Under the pieces are notes generated by a model, which did not search any database, was not told the DNA's origin, and saw nothing but the letters and a program-made list of their open reading frames with translations. This document shows, piece after piece, positions 16,039-30,937 of a DNA stretch of 64,000 bases. Source of the stretch: Eledone cirrhosa (Eukaryota); the NCBI GenBank assembly GCA_964016885.1, contig OZ024743.1, forward strand, positions 8,494,001 through 8,558,000, written 5' to 3'. Both the position numbers and the translations under genes were made by a program. The stretch's first letter is position 1, and each line of letters starts with the position of its first letter.

Positions 16039-16076
16039 GTGTGTGTGTGTGTATGTGTATGTGTGTGTGTGTATAT

Positions 16077-16139
<63 letters not shown>

Positions 16140-16690
16140 CACACACATACACACACATATATATATATAGATACATACATATATATCAGCCGTAAGAGTA
16201 TATGCTTCTGACCATAAGAGAGCCATAGGAATCTAGGGGTTCAATGTACTAGTGTGTGTGTGATAACGGACGGGGTAAACATGACGGGACAAATGGTAAA
16301 AAGGTAAGCACGAACGTATATGTGTAATATTAAAGAAATTGGGGAGGGGAGTTGAGTCCACAAGGGAAACGGGACCCAAAGAGGTAAGACTAATTTGCTA
16401 TTTTGTGTCTCTCCTTTGTTCTGTCCTACACCATCTTGTTTTTGTGTGTTCTGTGTTTTTATTGGCAGCATGACCCTCCCAAAGTATAACAATATCTCTT
16501 TCAACACACGTTTTCAGATAAGAAATCTTGCAAAACAATATATATACATACACATACACACACACACATACATACATACATACATACATACATACATACA
16601 TACATACATACATACATACATACATACATACATACATACATACATACATACATACATACATACATACATACATACATACATACATACATG

Positions 16691-17103
16691 GTGGCTGCCA
16701 ACTCGTTTTCGAGTACGGCCACTACTTTATATCCATGTAGGAGAACCCCTACCGATGGGCTGAACAAGTGTTACTTTTTAGTCCAGCCAGCGACTTGACA
16801 ACTCTGATACAAACACTACACTTGTGACAATTATTGACACATAGTGCTGGGCCCATGGTACCATGTGACGACAAGTGCAGAGAGATCTCCAGATATAAAG
16901 CAATGCCTGTGCCGTGAAGCTTTTATAGTGAGCAAAGGCACTGCACAAAGCCAGTCCCACTCTCTTAACCAAGATGATATTTACCAAAAAGAAGAACAAG
17001 TCAACATCATCGGATACCATCAGGGTTGCAGGTGTTATATCAGAGTTTTCCTTCTCCTAGAATTCTGCCTTGACAAAGGCTAAGGGGTCATCTCTCCCGG
17101 AGA
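16691..17103 (-). mobile_element. Retroelement 5'-region remnant (RTE-like), within (TACA)n; related sequence at 4990-5080
   Basis: Reverse complement CCTTTGTCAAGGCAGAATTCTAGGAGAAGGAAAACTCTGATATAACACCTG resembles 5005-5075. The RTE assignment is from memory of similar UTRs. Confidence 0.4.
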
Positions 17104-17171
17104 TACATACATACATACATACATACATACATACATACATACATACATACATACATACATACATACATACA

Positions 17172-17877
17172 TTGATCTGGCATTACGGTCAGCAGCGATT
17201 TGCGTTGGACGAGGCACGTCTCTAAAATTGTCAAGAGGGCCGAGCGTGTCTTAGCATCACTCAGCAAGACCTTTGTCAGCCGCTCTCCAGATATCTATTT
17301 AAGGCTGTACATGGCTATGGTGCGACCACACTTAGAATTTGCATCACCAGTCTGGAACCCCTATCTTGCTCAGAACATTGACCGCCTGGAAACTGTTCAG
17401 AGATGTGCAACCAAGCGAATACCCTCCATCAGGCATCTACCATACTCTGAGCGCCTTGCTTCCCTGGGCATGGATACATTGAAGCTCCGACGCCTGGCAA
17501 CTGACTTGGTAAACACCCACAAAATTATTAACCATCTTGCCAACAACAACCCTGAATACCTTTTTGATTTCCATGTGTCTAACACACGTGGACATGCCCA
17601 CAAAGTAAGAAAACAGCACAGTTCCCATGACTTTCGGAAACATTGTTTCACGCTCAGAGTTGCTGAAGCATGGAACAAACTACCTGCATCAGTTGTTAGC
17701 TGTCGAGACACTGCATCCTTTAAGGCCTCCATGCTTCCCAAGATCCACCAACACTACACATACACACATGTACTTCCCTGACATTTGTGTATTATTCTAT
17801 GTACTATACATACACCTTTGACGAGTTGTAGTGCACCTGAGCACTTTACACAATAATTTCATTATTATTATTATTAT
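17172..17877 (+). mobile_element. CR1-group LINE 3' end with (ATT)n tail, within (TACA)n
   Basis: LYMAMVRPHLEFASPVWNPY...LETVQRCATK...YSERL..LRRL...TRGH..K...FTLRVAEAWNKLP. Confidence 0.85.
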
Positions 17878-17990
17878 ACATACATACATACATGTATCCC
17901 ACTCTCAAGAGCGTGAAACTAATAAACCTTTGTTCGTATTGCCTCTCTGTTTTGTTCCCGTTCAATTTTTTACTATATTTATATATACGT

Positions 17991-18113
<123 letters not shown>

Positions 18114-18533
18114 AAGATTGAGACATGAAAAAAATTACATATAATTCATATAATATAGAGGGTGCGTGTAAGAAAGCTTAAAAATACATAACAGCAATTT
18201 AGATAACTGTTAGAGATTCAAATAATTTAAATTATTGAAGAAAGAGGAAAGAAAAAAGAAAGACAGAGAGAAAACATATGAGGGGATAATATAGCTAGTA
18301 GAAGTATAGAGAACAAAAGAGAATTGATTAAAGAAAGAGAGACAAAGAGGAATAATTTTTATAGTGTAAAACATAGGGAGGGATTTATTATATATATCTA
18401 TACAGAACTATACATTTGGGCATAGCTTTGCGAAATAGTAAACTCGAATCTTTGAATTATTGAATTATCTAGAAGTATTCATCAATCTGTAAAACTCATT
18501 CTTTGATTTATTCATTGAACCTTGTTTAAGCTT

Positions 18534-18651
<118 letters not shown>

Positions 18652-18725
18652 CATACATACATATATATAATACAAATAGTGAAAACAATGAAATTAAACA
18701 AAATACGGGTAATTCATAGTAAAAT

Positions 18726-18864
18726 TCATTATTTTACGATCGTTTCTGGGGGGTAGTTCTCCGTATGTTCATTCTATTAGTGATTTATGTAAAATATATT
18801 ACAAATTATCAAAGTAAGAAAATATACATACGTCTTCCCTACCCGCCGTCTTCAGAAATAATGA
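18726..18864 (-). ncRNA. Type I hammerhead with ~100-nt stem II
   Basis: Reverse complement reads TCATTATTT-CTGAAGA-CGGCGGGTAG...CTACCCCCCA-GAAA-CGATCG-TA-AAATAATGA, with a 9-bp stem I and palindromic stem III. Confidence 0.75.
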
Positions 18865-19628
18865 GTTTTGTTTATTGAAGAATATAAAAACATGTATGAA
18901 TAAGTACCCTTTTAAGGACAAGGTTGAGATTGACCAATAGTAAAAATAGGAAGGGGCAATATAGATCATTAAGCTGGTAGTAGTAGATGAATAAATTAGC
19001 ATAATATATATATATATTCACATATATATATGTGTGTGTGTGTATATATACATATATATATTCATATATATATGGGTGTGTGTGTAGTTGAAAAGGGGGC
19101 GGGTAAAGTTCCATACAAAACAAAGGTTACATTTAAAGAATGAAAGTGAAAATGCACAGAAGTCTATTATTTTTTCTTTAATCCGACAAAAGAAATGGTT
19201 TTATAAGTGTTGCATTAAATATAATCGGTTTCGATTGGTATAACAATCTTATCAAATATTAGATATTAAATATTTTTTTTTAATGTTTTTTCATCTACTC
19301 TGATCAGTAGGAATATTTGTGAGTTTTCTGTCAAAATATCTTTATATATATATTCTTTATGAATGTGTAGTTGTGAAGGTGGAAGTGGGGGTACAGCTGG
19401 TCAGGAATTCAATTGGTTAACACTTGGTTAAAATTAGAAAATGTTCTTACTATTCATACTAATGGCCAGATGGCATTTTTAATGTGCATATATGGGGTGG
19501 TATTAAGGAGGGTTCAATTCTGTTGAAAGGTCAGTTTAGGTGTAGATATAGAATTAAATTTTTGACTTGTGAAGGATTTACAGAAGAAAAGAAAGAGGAA
19601 AGAAGAGAGAAAAATTAATATTAATAAT

Positions 19629-19985
19629 AATTGTTTCTACTTTAGGCACAAGGACAGCAATTACCCAGTACATTACTGGTACTTTATTTTATCGACCCCG
19701 TAAGGATGAAAGGCAAAGTTAACCTCAACGGGATTTGAACTCAAACCGTAAAAGGACGTAATTATGCTAGAAAGCATGGCGTCCAACCCTCTGCTGATAC
19801 TGCCAATTCTACTTTTGGCACAAGGCCAGCAATTAGCCAGTACATTACTGGTACTTTATTTTATCGACCCCGTAAGGATGAAAGGCACAGTTAATTTCGG
19901 CAGGATTTGAACTCAGAATGAAAAGAGCCGTAACTCTATGCGTCAAAGCATGGCGTCGGACCCTCTACCGATACTGCCAATCCAC
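19629..19985 (-). mobile_element. Two tandem tRNA-derived SINEs (family A)
   Basis: Reverse complement ggattggcagtatcggtagag...gagttcaaatcc...gcctttcatccttacggggtcgataaaataaagtaccag...agtagaaacaatt. Confidence 0.8.
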
Positions 19986-20384
19986 CAATAATAATGATTT
20001 CTTTATTAACCGAAAGGGTTTACATAAAAGAAAATATTAAGGACTGTACAGGGCGATACAAATATGGGTTTCTGTGTGTATAAAAGGAAACACAATAACA
20101 ATAACAAAAGAAGTAACAAAAAAATAGAAACAAAAACAAATTCCTCAATAAGTTTCATTTTTGTCCACTTTTGTCTGTGTACATGGAGAAGACGTTTCTA
20201 CCGTTTATAGGATCCTAAATGAAAAAGAAATGAACCATAAATTTAAACTAAATATTTAGAAATAATTTTACATCAATGATTTGTTTTCATTGTTCGTACA
20301 AAGAAGAAATATTTAATATCATGTTGATGAGGTGAGCTTATCAATATTTGTTTTGAAAATTCAACAAGATAATGAGTGAATAAT

Positions 20385-20568
20385 AATTGTTTCTACTTTT
20401 GGCACAAGGCCAGCAATTATCCCAGTGTATTACTGGTACTTTATTTTATCGACCCCGTAAGGATGAAAGGCAAAGTTAACCTCGGCGGGATTTGAACTCA
20501 GACCATAAAGGGCCGTAACTCTATGCTGCAAAGCATGGCGTCCAACCCTCTGCCGATACTGCCAATCC
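20385..20568 (-). mobile_element. SINE family A
   Basis: Same A/B-box head and gcctttcatcc...gtaccag core. Confidence 0.8.
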
Positions 20569-21049
20569 AAGTTAATAATAATGTTCTAATGCAAGATTCA
20601 TTGCATGGATGGTTCAGTGCTGGTTTTGTTATCGAGTAGTAAACACGCTGTTTCTCGTCAAGTTCCATCCGTTGTTATAAAGTTATGAAATAATGTTCTT
20701 GTTTTTTTCTTTTCATTACCTGAATGGGTTCCAGAAATGTAAGAACTCAAAAGCTCGTTAAAATAAAATTAATCGATTGACTGTGCATTACATCTTTCAC
20801 AGCCAATGAGAGAATGGAAACCGGAAAGACCATCTGGCAGCTTGAGAAAAAAAACGAGGGTGAGTTACTTTATACTCGACTCTCCTCCAAACAATAAGTG
20901 CCCTTGTGTTTTCTCTATCATCACGTCGAACTCGGGACGAAAATTTCAGTTGCCGTAGAAGACACTAACCAGAAGATACTAGAAATGTAGAGAAAAACAA
21001 AAATCCCTACCAAAAAGTTAAAAAAACATCCACACTTCAATCGAGAAAT

Positions 21050-21850
21050 TGTATAAGGAGTATGAAGGAAGACTGACAAAGTAATTCCTAAGTGTAAAAT
21101 TTAGAAAAGTGATCTCGAGAAAATGTTCGACATCGCAAGCCAGGACATTTTCGAATAGAAGGATATCCCATCGGAAGACAAAGCTTTCCTTGAGACACAG
21201 CGGAAAGATCGGATGTCTTCATTGATGGCTGGTGTTGATGCAGAACATGTGAGAGCCATTCAAAAGAAGAAAAATAAGATTCACGATATTAAAATAAGAA
21301 AGAGAAAGCAGGATGAAGTCAAGATGTCCAAGAAAGTAACTCTTGAACGTTCGTCATTTAGCTCAGCTATTAGTGATGATGATGATGATGAAATCTTCAA
21401 GTTAGCACCGCTCTGAGAATCACAGCAAATAAAGCCAACTCTTGCTGTCACGTGGGAACGGGAGAAACTATTGGTATAACAAGCAAGTACTTCTTACATT
21501 ACACTTGCGGAGAGTCTTGGTCAGGATGTGTTTGAACTTTCGCTGAAGTTGTTTTGAAGGAAGTTCAACTATTTAAAATCGAGAATAGAATAATTGGTAT
21601 GTCCTACGACACCACTGCTAGTAACACTGGCACGCACCAAGAGCCAATAAAAACAATGAAGTAGCTCTGAAACAAATTCCTCTAGTGGCTGGCTTGCTGC
21701 CATCACATTCTTGAACTGGTTTTGAAGAAAGTGTTTGAGATCTTATGCCCATCATTTGATCCCAGAATCCTAATCTTCAAAAGGTTTCAGGAAAGTAGGG
21801 ACTCCATCAATAAGACTTATCAAACTATCCTGGATGGTACGTATCTTTCA
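21050..21850 (+). mobile_element. Decayed DDE DNA transposase (hAT-like)
   Basis: SYDTTASNTG and WLACCHHILELVLKKVF...P.I.IFKRFQ remnants, with stops and frameshifts. Confidence 0.6.
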
Positions 21851-22081
21851 GCCGTGGTTATGCTATCAAATCTACGACCAGTCCAGGCTGATATATTAGG
21901 GGAATTATTAGAACGTTTTTAGTGTGCCTACCATGTCATTAGTGTCAAGATGTGTCGGCCCTTCCCTTTCCCTTGGACAGCATTGATGGTATGTAGAGGG
22001 AAAGCTTATTGCATGTATACCAGCTGGTCTTTCCATAAATATCCCATACCCAGGTTGCGCCCTGAGAAGAATCTTTCTAGT

Positions 22082-22119
<38 letters not shown>

Positions 22120-23079
22120 GAGAGAGAGCGAGAGATCTTAAAGATGTATATAGCAGTGTGAGAGTATGTTAAGATTTGCGTATGTGTGGATGTATCCAGG
22201 TATCCATTCCAATAAGGATCTGAACTCTGATCACACAGAGACGTAACAAATACTACAATCCACTCTATCCGACACCCTTCCACGTCTACCAATTCGCCGC
22301 CTTAGATACAGAAAGTTATTCTTTCAACTTGAAACCAGTAAGAAAAGATCATATTAGTTCATAACGTTGGAATGGCTCTTCCAGCGCATCTCCCTTACCA
22401 TTCTCCGGGGAAACGCCTTCTCCATTCTGTCCGCCAGGGCTGTGGGGAGGCCAGCATGAGGGACCCCATTTGCCCACCATACGGAGAGATGGGGATGGCG
22501 AGAGAGATGGAGGTGGTGACAGTGGGAGTTCGGCTCTTCCACGTTCAGACCATATCCTTGTGGTTGCGTTCATTAAGCAGTTAATGAGTCTGTTTATGTA
22601 TTGTATGTGTATTTAAAATGATGCCACCATCACTGAGTGGTGTAAATCAGACTAAAAAGTTATAAAACATGCAATGAACATTTAGAAATCGATTTCTTTC
22701 CCACGTAGACCTACATACTCCTAGAAAGACGGAATTGACCTTGGGCTAAACGGTAACTACAACAACAACTAATTTGAGTGTTTTGAAGAGCCTGTAGAAC
22801 ATTCTTTTCTTTGATCTGGACATCAGAGTTGATGGTTAAGTTATGTAGGTTACTGAGAATGTCATCTACTGTGCTGAAAAGAGAATTAAAAGTGATTATG
22901 AAATAAATATGAACAATCATTAACGGTATATCATCCCTTCTAGTATAGAGCTGGAAATAAAACGATAACAAAAGGTCACTGGTTTGATATGGCCACTGAC
23001 ATTCAAATGAGGTGAAGGCAATATTTGAGATTGAGAAAAGTCTCTTTTTTTGTTGTTGTTATTTTTCATTCTCTCTCTC

Positions 23080-23178
<99 letters not shown>

Positions 23179-23187
23179 TGCGCGCGC

Positions 23188-23294
<107 letters not shown>

Positions 23295-23528
23295 TGCGTG
23301 TGTGTGTGTGTGTGTGTGTTGTTTTTTTTGTAATTTTGTTATGTTCAAGGTCTCATAATGGATTAAAAAAAAGAACACACACGCACACACACATACACAC
23401 ACACACATATATATATATAGTAATAATAATAAAATTGAAGACTAAAATCCAAAGAGGGCTCGATAAGGAAATTATATATCAAATATATAAGAACCGTAGA
23501 GCAAATATTTATTAAAATAACAGATTAA

Positions 23529-23579
23529 AGTTTAAGCAAAGAATCACTGCTTTCACCCTTAACGGGATCTTCTGAAACT
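23529..23579 (-). ncRNA. Hammerhead-like fold (U4A family), inverted pLTR copy
   Basis: Reverse complement reads AGTTT-CAGAAGA-TCCCGTTAAGGGT-GAAAGCAGTGATTCTTTGCTT-AAACT. Confidence 0.55.
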
Positions 23580-24525
23580 AACAAAGTCAATCTGTAAACG
23601 CAGAACTGGATATTTCAAAAAACGTTGCAACCGGAGGAAGACAGGAAGACGATACTTTGGTTCGTGGAAACGTTCGCTGGCAAAGAACGGGAAAAAACGA
23701 ATAATACGTCATTAATAGGAGCAGTGAAAAACAATTACGCCAAAGACAGAACCACGTTTATGGTATAAAAGAGGTCGTAGACTAATGTTCTCTTAGGTGG
23801 TGCATAGAGACGTTCTCTGGCAATGAACGAAAAAACGAAGATAATAAGTCACATGTGGAGCGTGGAGAACAATAGCACGCAAAGACAAAACCACGTAAAT
23901 GGTATAGCAGAAGTTGTAGACTAAAATTCTAACTAGGAGACCAAATGAATCTCCGCTACAGAGTTAAGAACAAAGTAAATAAATACAATACAGAAATAAT
24001 AGAAACAAATAAATACATACACGCAAACAGATACGTACATACACAAGCATATGCAAAACCTTACCATAGGTATACAAAACCACGCACATATAAACATGTG
24101 TGTGTGTGTATGCTTGTGTACAAATAAATAAATAATTATATAAACGTATATAAGTAAATAAATACGTATATAACAAGCTCACACACATACCTACAAGTAA
24201 ATACACGAGTGTTCGGAGACGTAAGTCAACTAAAACAAGAAGTACACATATATACACACCCACCATACGTACGAACCTGCATACTCACGCAGACGCAAAA
24301 CTCCCGTATACACATAGCCAAACCCTAAATACCAGAATATGTAAAAATTATACGCCATAACAGTCAAATATACGTACGAGAAGGTATACATACCTTCACA
24401 AAACATACGGGTAATATATACTTACCTATGCAAATAAGTAAAGGAATAAACAAAACATATACTTAGCTCCCACATCAAGAAGTAAAATATCCACGTATAG
24501 ATCGTGCTATCCGTTAGGGTATAAC

Positions 24526-25960
24526 GTGATTGATTGGTTCAACGGCATATGCAACAAGGAACATTGCCGTTTTATCCAATTCGACATCAACAATTACTAC
24601 TCCTCCATCACTTTACCACTTCTCCTTAGAGCTATCAATTTCGCTAAAACACTCACAGTGGTTAAGGATTTCGAAGTTGATGTCATCCTTAATGCCCGAA
24701 AGTCGGTGATTAATTTCGACGACTCTATTTGGATTAAAAAATCCAATAGTACCCCATTCGATGTGAGTATGGGCGCCAGTGACTCTGCGGAGGTTACTGA
24801 TCTTATTGGCCTTTTCCTTCTTTTCTCTATCAAGGACGAATTCCCCAACGCGGGCGGTGGTTTGTACCGTGACGATGGTCTTTTGACCATGACTAAGTGC
24901 GGACCTCGTGCTTGCGACAGGTTCAGAAAAGAACTCACAGCCTTCTTTAAAGGCTTCAACCTCTCTATACAGGTTGAGGCCAATCTCTCGGTCGTTAATT
25001 ACCGCGATGTTACCCTCAATTTATTGAATGGGTTGTATTACCCGTATAGAAAGCCGAATGATACGCTTAATTACATAAGTAAGCATTCCGACCATCCTGC
25101 CAGCATAACCAAGAACCTGGTAAAAAACGCTTCGTTGAGGCTTTCCCGTCTTTCCACCAACGAGCGCATTTTCAACGACCATTCCACTTATTACAATGAA
25201 GCTCTTGCTCGAAGTGGATTTGTCGATAAGGTAGCATATACAGAGTACGAAAATAGACCTAGAAGAAATAGATCCCGTCGCATTTGTTGGTTTAACCCAC
25301 CATATAATATGGAGGTGGCCACACCATTAGCTAAGATCTTTCTTTCCCTTATTACGAAGCATTTTCCCCCTACACATAAATATAGTAAACATTTTTGATA
25401 GAAACACTATTAAAATTTCTTACTCTACGACTCCTAACCTTGCACATAACATCACAGCTTCAAATTTAGCTAAACTACCTAGCCGTAGGAACACGTGCAC
25501 CCCTGTAGTTAGTACTAACTGTAATTGTAGGAATCGGGCTGATTGCCCCCTATCCGGGAAATGCCTCTCTAGTAACATTGTCTACAAATGTAAGGTTGTA
25601 ACACCCACGTCCCGTAGGGCCTACATAGGGTTAACCGCCAATAGTTTCAAGCAGCGTCTTTACATGCATACCCATTCTTTTCGTTACCCTCTAAGAAGGA
25701 ATATGACGTCACTTTCAGCTTATATCTGGAGTCTAAAAGACAACCACACCCAATATAAGTTACACTGGGAGATCCTAGCTAGGGCTAGATCGTATAACGG
25801 AAATAAAAGACCATGTGACCTCTGCGCCGCTGAAGCCCTGGAAATACTCTACGCCACAGACCACATCTTAAACAAAAAATCTGAGGCAATTTCGGCTTGT
25901 AAACATAAATTGCACAAAACTTTCCTGTATTACAGCCCCACGTTATACCCTAACGGATAG
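24526..25960 (+). pseudogene. Penelope-like RT + GIY-YIG endonuclease, frameshift near 25390
   Basis: QFDINNYYSSI, SMGASDSAEVTDLIG, GLYRDDGL, YRKP, WFNPPY. After the frameshift: CNCRNRADCPLSGKCL, NIVYKC...YIGLTANSFKQRLYMH, CDLCAAE...LNKKSE..CKH. Confidence 0.92.
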
Positions 25961-26888
25961 CACGATCTATACGTGAATATTTTACGTCTTGATGTGGGAG
26001 CTAAGTATATGTTTTGTTTATTCCTTTACTTATTTGCATAGGTAAGTATATAGTACCCGTATGTTTTGTGAAGGTATGTATACCTTCTCGTACGTATATT
26101 TGACTGTTATGGCGTATAATTTTTACATATTCTGGTATTTAGGGTTTGGCTATGTGTATACGGGAGTTTTGCGTCTGCGCGAATATGCAGGTTCGTACGT
26201 ATGGTGGGTGTGTGTATATGTGTACTTCTTGTTTTAGTTGACTTACGTCTCCGAACACTCGTGTATTTATTTGTAGGTATGTGTGTGAGCTTGTTATATA
26301 CGTATTTATTTACTTATATACGTTTATATAATTATTTATTTATTTGTACACAAGCATACACACATACACATATTTATATGTGCGTGGTTTTGTATACCTA
26401 TGGTAAGGTTTTGCGTATGCTTGTGTATGTACGTATCTGTTTGCGTGTATGTATTTATTTGTTTCTATTACTTCTGTATTGTATTTATTTACTTTGTTCT
26501 TAACTCTGTAGCGGAGATTCATTTGGTCTCCTAGTTAGAATTTTAGTCTACAACTTCAGCTATACCATTTACGTGGTTTTGTCTTTGCGTGCTATTGTTC
26601 TCCACGCTCCACATATGACTTATTATCTTCGTTTTTTCGTTCATTACCAGAGAACGTCTCTATGCACCACCTAAGAGAACATTAGTCTACGACCTCTTTT
26701 ATACCATAAACGTGGTTCTGTCTTTGCGAGTAATTGTTTTTCACCGCTCCACATAATGACGTATTATTCGTTTTTTCCCGTTCTTTGCCAGTGAACGTTT
26801 CCACGAACCAAAGTATCGTCTTCCTGTCTTCCTCCGGTTGCAACGTTTTTTGAAATATCCAGTTCTACGTTTACAAATTGACTTTGTT

Positions 26889-26939
26889 AGTTTCAGAAGA
26901 TCCCGTTAAGGGTGAAAGCAGCGATTCTTTGCTTAAATT
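26889..26939 (+). ncRNA. Hammerhead ribozyme-like fold with CAGAAGA (U4A) core at the Penelope pLTR end
   Basis: AGTTT-CAGAAGA-T-CCC(gttaa)GGG-T-GAA-AGCA(gcgattctt)TGCT-T-AAATT, with stems I, II and III pairing. Confidence 0.55.
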
Positions 26940-26958
26940 TTAATCTGTTATTTTAATA

Positions 26959-26991
<33 letters not shown>

Positions 26992-27399
26992 GGGGGGGAG
27001 ATAGAGAGAAAGAGGGAGAGATATAAACTTTACACTCTGTTTACACGTATTGAGCGCTCATTCAGTTAATGTTTGACTGTTTTAAGTACAATGGTATTTC
27101 AAACACCCTTTCTAATATGCGTGTGTATGTGTGAGTGTATGCCTGTTTATGTATGTGTGCATACGTATTTGTGAAGAGTAATTTTATTGAGGCTATATCT
27201 TCCTAAATCTTTTGACGGGGACGATGTTAGTGATGTGATGTTAATGGTATAAAGTGGACAGAAACAACCCTAATGGATCATGACTCTGATGAAAGATATT
27301 CCAGTCGTGACCATCACATTTTGTTAGAGTTATCCAATGGCTTCTTTGTTTTTTTAAGAAATAGGATGATTTAGCCCGTTAATATTGATTTTGGGGCAG

Positions 27400-28247
27400 A
27401 CAATTTTTCCCTGTCTTGTGGGTATGGCAAAATAGTCTATGTAGTGGACGAGTACTGATGAAGGACAAATTCCTCTTCAGTCAAGCCCACATCAAATTTT
27501 TCAAGTTCCACTTGGAAAGGAAAGAGGTGGCGAGGGAAGTGTTGAATCCCCAGCTTAGTATATTTGTTAGACAGTTGGTGAATGCTGTGAAAATAACTCG
27601 AGTGAAAATAACCTACTCCAAGTGTGCGCCTGGATGCTGAAGAGAATAGAAGAGAGAGGGACTCTTGCCACTGATTTTAATGATCGGGGTGATCTCGGGT
27701 CTGTAGGGTGCTTTAATTAGTAGTGTAGTGTTTTCACTTATTGGAGAATTATGTTGTTATAAATTGGTTGATATTTGTTACACCTTTTCTTTTTTGTCCT
27801 CTGTTTAGACGTCTATATGTAAATCCTGTCTCTGTTTAATCCCTCATCCACTTTTTCAAGTTTCATTTGGAAAGGGGAGTGAGGGTGGAAAGGGAAGTGC
27901 TGTCCCTCAGTACATTTACTAAAAGGTGGGTGAATGTGGTGAGAATAGCCCGTGTGAATGTGCCTACTCTGAGCATGCGCCTGTAGGCTGGTTAATTTGA
28001 GGAGGCGAGGGGTGCCCTCGAAACATCAGGTGGTTCAGGATTGGTGGGGTACCTGAATCTCCCCTGAGTGGTTCTTCCCCCGATTGGGAATTTTTATTGT
28101 TCTAATTTTATTGTTAATTGTTTTTGTTAATTCATTTTTACTCGATTTTAATGTATGACAGTACAAAAAGACAGGGGGGGGGAGACCTTGTCCCTGTCTT
28201 TTTGTATTGACCCCTATATGTAGGCCCTAGTGGCCAATAAAGAAAGT
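27400..28247 (+). mobile_element. Two tandem, more diverged Tx1-type LINE 3' fragments
   Basis: FFKFHLERK..EREVL..RW.N..R..RVN-like coding remnants at ~27495 and ~27850. Ends gtggccaataaagaaa like the other copies. Confidence 0.65.
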
Positions 28248-28252
28248 ATTAT

Positions 28253-28468
28253 GATTGGCAGTATCGGTAGAGCGTCGGACAACATGCTTCGCAGCCTAGA
28301 GTTACGTCCCTTTACGTTCTAAGTTCAAATCTAGTCTAGGTTAGTTTTGCCTTTCATCCTTACGGGGTCGATAAAATAAAGTACCAGTAATGTACTGGGG
28401 TCGATATAATCGACTTTCCTCTCGCTTTCAAATTTCTGGCCTTGTGCTTAAAGTAGAAACAATTATTA
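28253..28468 (+). mobile_element. SINE family A
   Basis: gattggcagtatcggtagagc...gttcaaat...gcctttcatccttacggggtcgataaaataaagtaccag...agtagaaacaattattatt. Confidence 0.82.
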
Positions 28469-28479
28469 TTGGCAGAATC

Positions 28480-29022
<543 letters not shown>

Positions 29023-29129
29023 GTTATGTTATAAGATGAGATCTATAGCGTAGATGATATTGAGAAAAACAATAACTACAATTGTTTGCATTATTGTCCT
29101 TTTGCAGCAGACGAAAATCTTCTTCGCCT

Positions 29130-29162
<33 letters not shown>

Positions 29163-29255
29163 GCGTCCTTAGTCTTGGCTCGGCCAGACTCTCCCTTTGA
29201 CGCCTCAGTAAATGGGGGCTGGTCGTGATTTCAAAGGATGAAAAACAAACAAAAA

Positions 29256-29257
<2 letters not shown>

Positions 29258-29305
<48 letters not shown>

Positions 29306-29359
29306 TATATATACATGTACATGCATACACACACATAAATATACATATGTATAGATATA

Positions 29360-29417
<58 letters not shown>

Positions 29418-29471
29418 TATATATACATGTACATGCATACACACACATAAATATACATATGTATAGATATA

Positions 29472-29529
<58 letters not shown>

Positions 29530-29583
29530 TATATATACATGTACATGCATACACACACATAAATATACATATGTATAGATATA

Positions 29584-29620
<37 letters not shown>
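29258..29620. repeat. ~110-bp compound microsatellite unit repeated three times
   Basis: (TA)n(CA)n-tatatacatgtacatgcatacacacacataaatatacatatgtatagatat, three copies. Confidence 0.85.
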
Positions 29621-29630
<10 letters not shown>

Positions 29631-29698
29631 GTATATATATATATGTATGTATATATCTATATATATATGTATGTATATATTTATATATATATACATAC

Positions 29699-29759
<61 letters not shown>

Positions 29760-30343
29760 ACAATGAGGTATCAGTGACGTATGAGAAATAAAGGATTGTG
29801 ATTGTGTGTAAATTGACAAGTCATAATGATAATAATAAGCAGACTTGTCTTGAAAAGCTGAGAAAGCACGTTTGAAGAAAAGGCCCCCCAAGCGTAGTGG
29901 ATTGAGTGGATTGAATCAGGTGATTTAGCGGCAGCAAATGTTTGACAGTTTTAATGCTTGAAGGCTTCATATGAGTGAGAAAGGACACGAGTAGAACGCA
30001 GGAGTAATGGTGCAGTACTGACAGCGGTATTTTGTCGCCAGCGTTAGAAGTCAGACAGATGACAAACAATCAATGCTTACTTGCTTCCTTCCTTCTAACG
30101 ACATCAGTCTAAATAAGAACTAACTCCGTATATCAGACGTTAATGATGATCTCGCCTGTTAATAAGTACATCATTATATTTATTACACCTTAAAAACCGA
30201 TATTGTGTTTCTGCTGTGCTCCTTTATATCTCATAATTGAATGGCTAAAACTAGTAAAATATATATATATATTAATACGGCCTTAAGAATTAATGAAATT
30301 CGGGGTTAAGTATGTATAGACATTTTAATAGATAGATAGAAAG

Positions 30344-30501
<158 letters not shown>

Positions 30502-30860
30502 GGTGGTTGGATGAATGGAGGGATGGGGAATTCTCTATAATTTCTCATTACACATGAGGATATAAAACTGAAATATCTGTGATTTTTTTAATATTGTTTC
30601 TAATATTGTAATACGAAGCATCCATTTCAAAACACATTCAGACCTTTTTCAGAAGATGCATATTCATCAGCTGAAGGATGCGTAATGACAATATTCAAAT
30701 TAAGAAGGATTAAAAACCAAAGTAGAATCTAATGTCGTTATCAAATACCGCAAATCATTTTGTTCGACACTACCAATACTACCTACAATCGATTTTTTTT
30801 ACTATTCCTAAATACACACGCACGCACACAGACACACAGACACACAGACACACACACACA

Positions 30861-30937
<77 letters not shown>

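Larger units (their letters stand above)
23418..26963 (+). mobile_element. Penelope-like element, 5'-truncated, with an inverted ~1 kb pseudo-LTR upstream and a direct pseudo-LTR downstream
   Basis: 23508-24528 is the near-identical reverse complement of 25939-26963. These arms enclose RT + GIY-YIG coding sequence, with (TA)n on the flanks. Confidence 0.92.
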
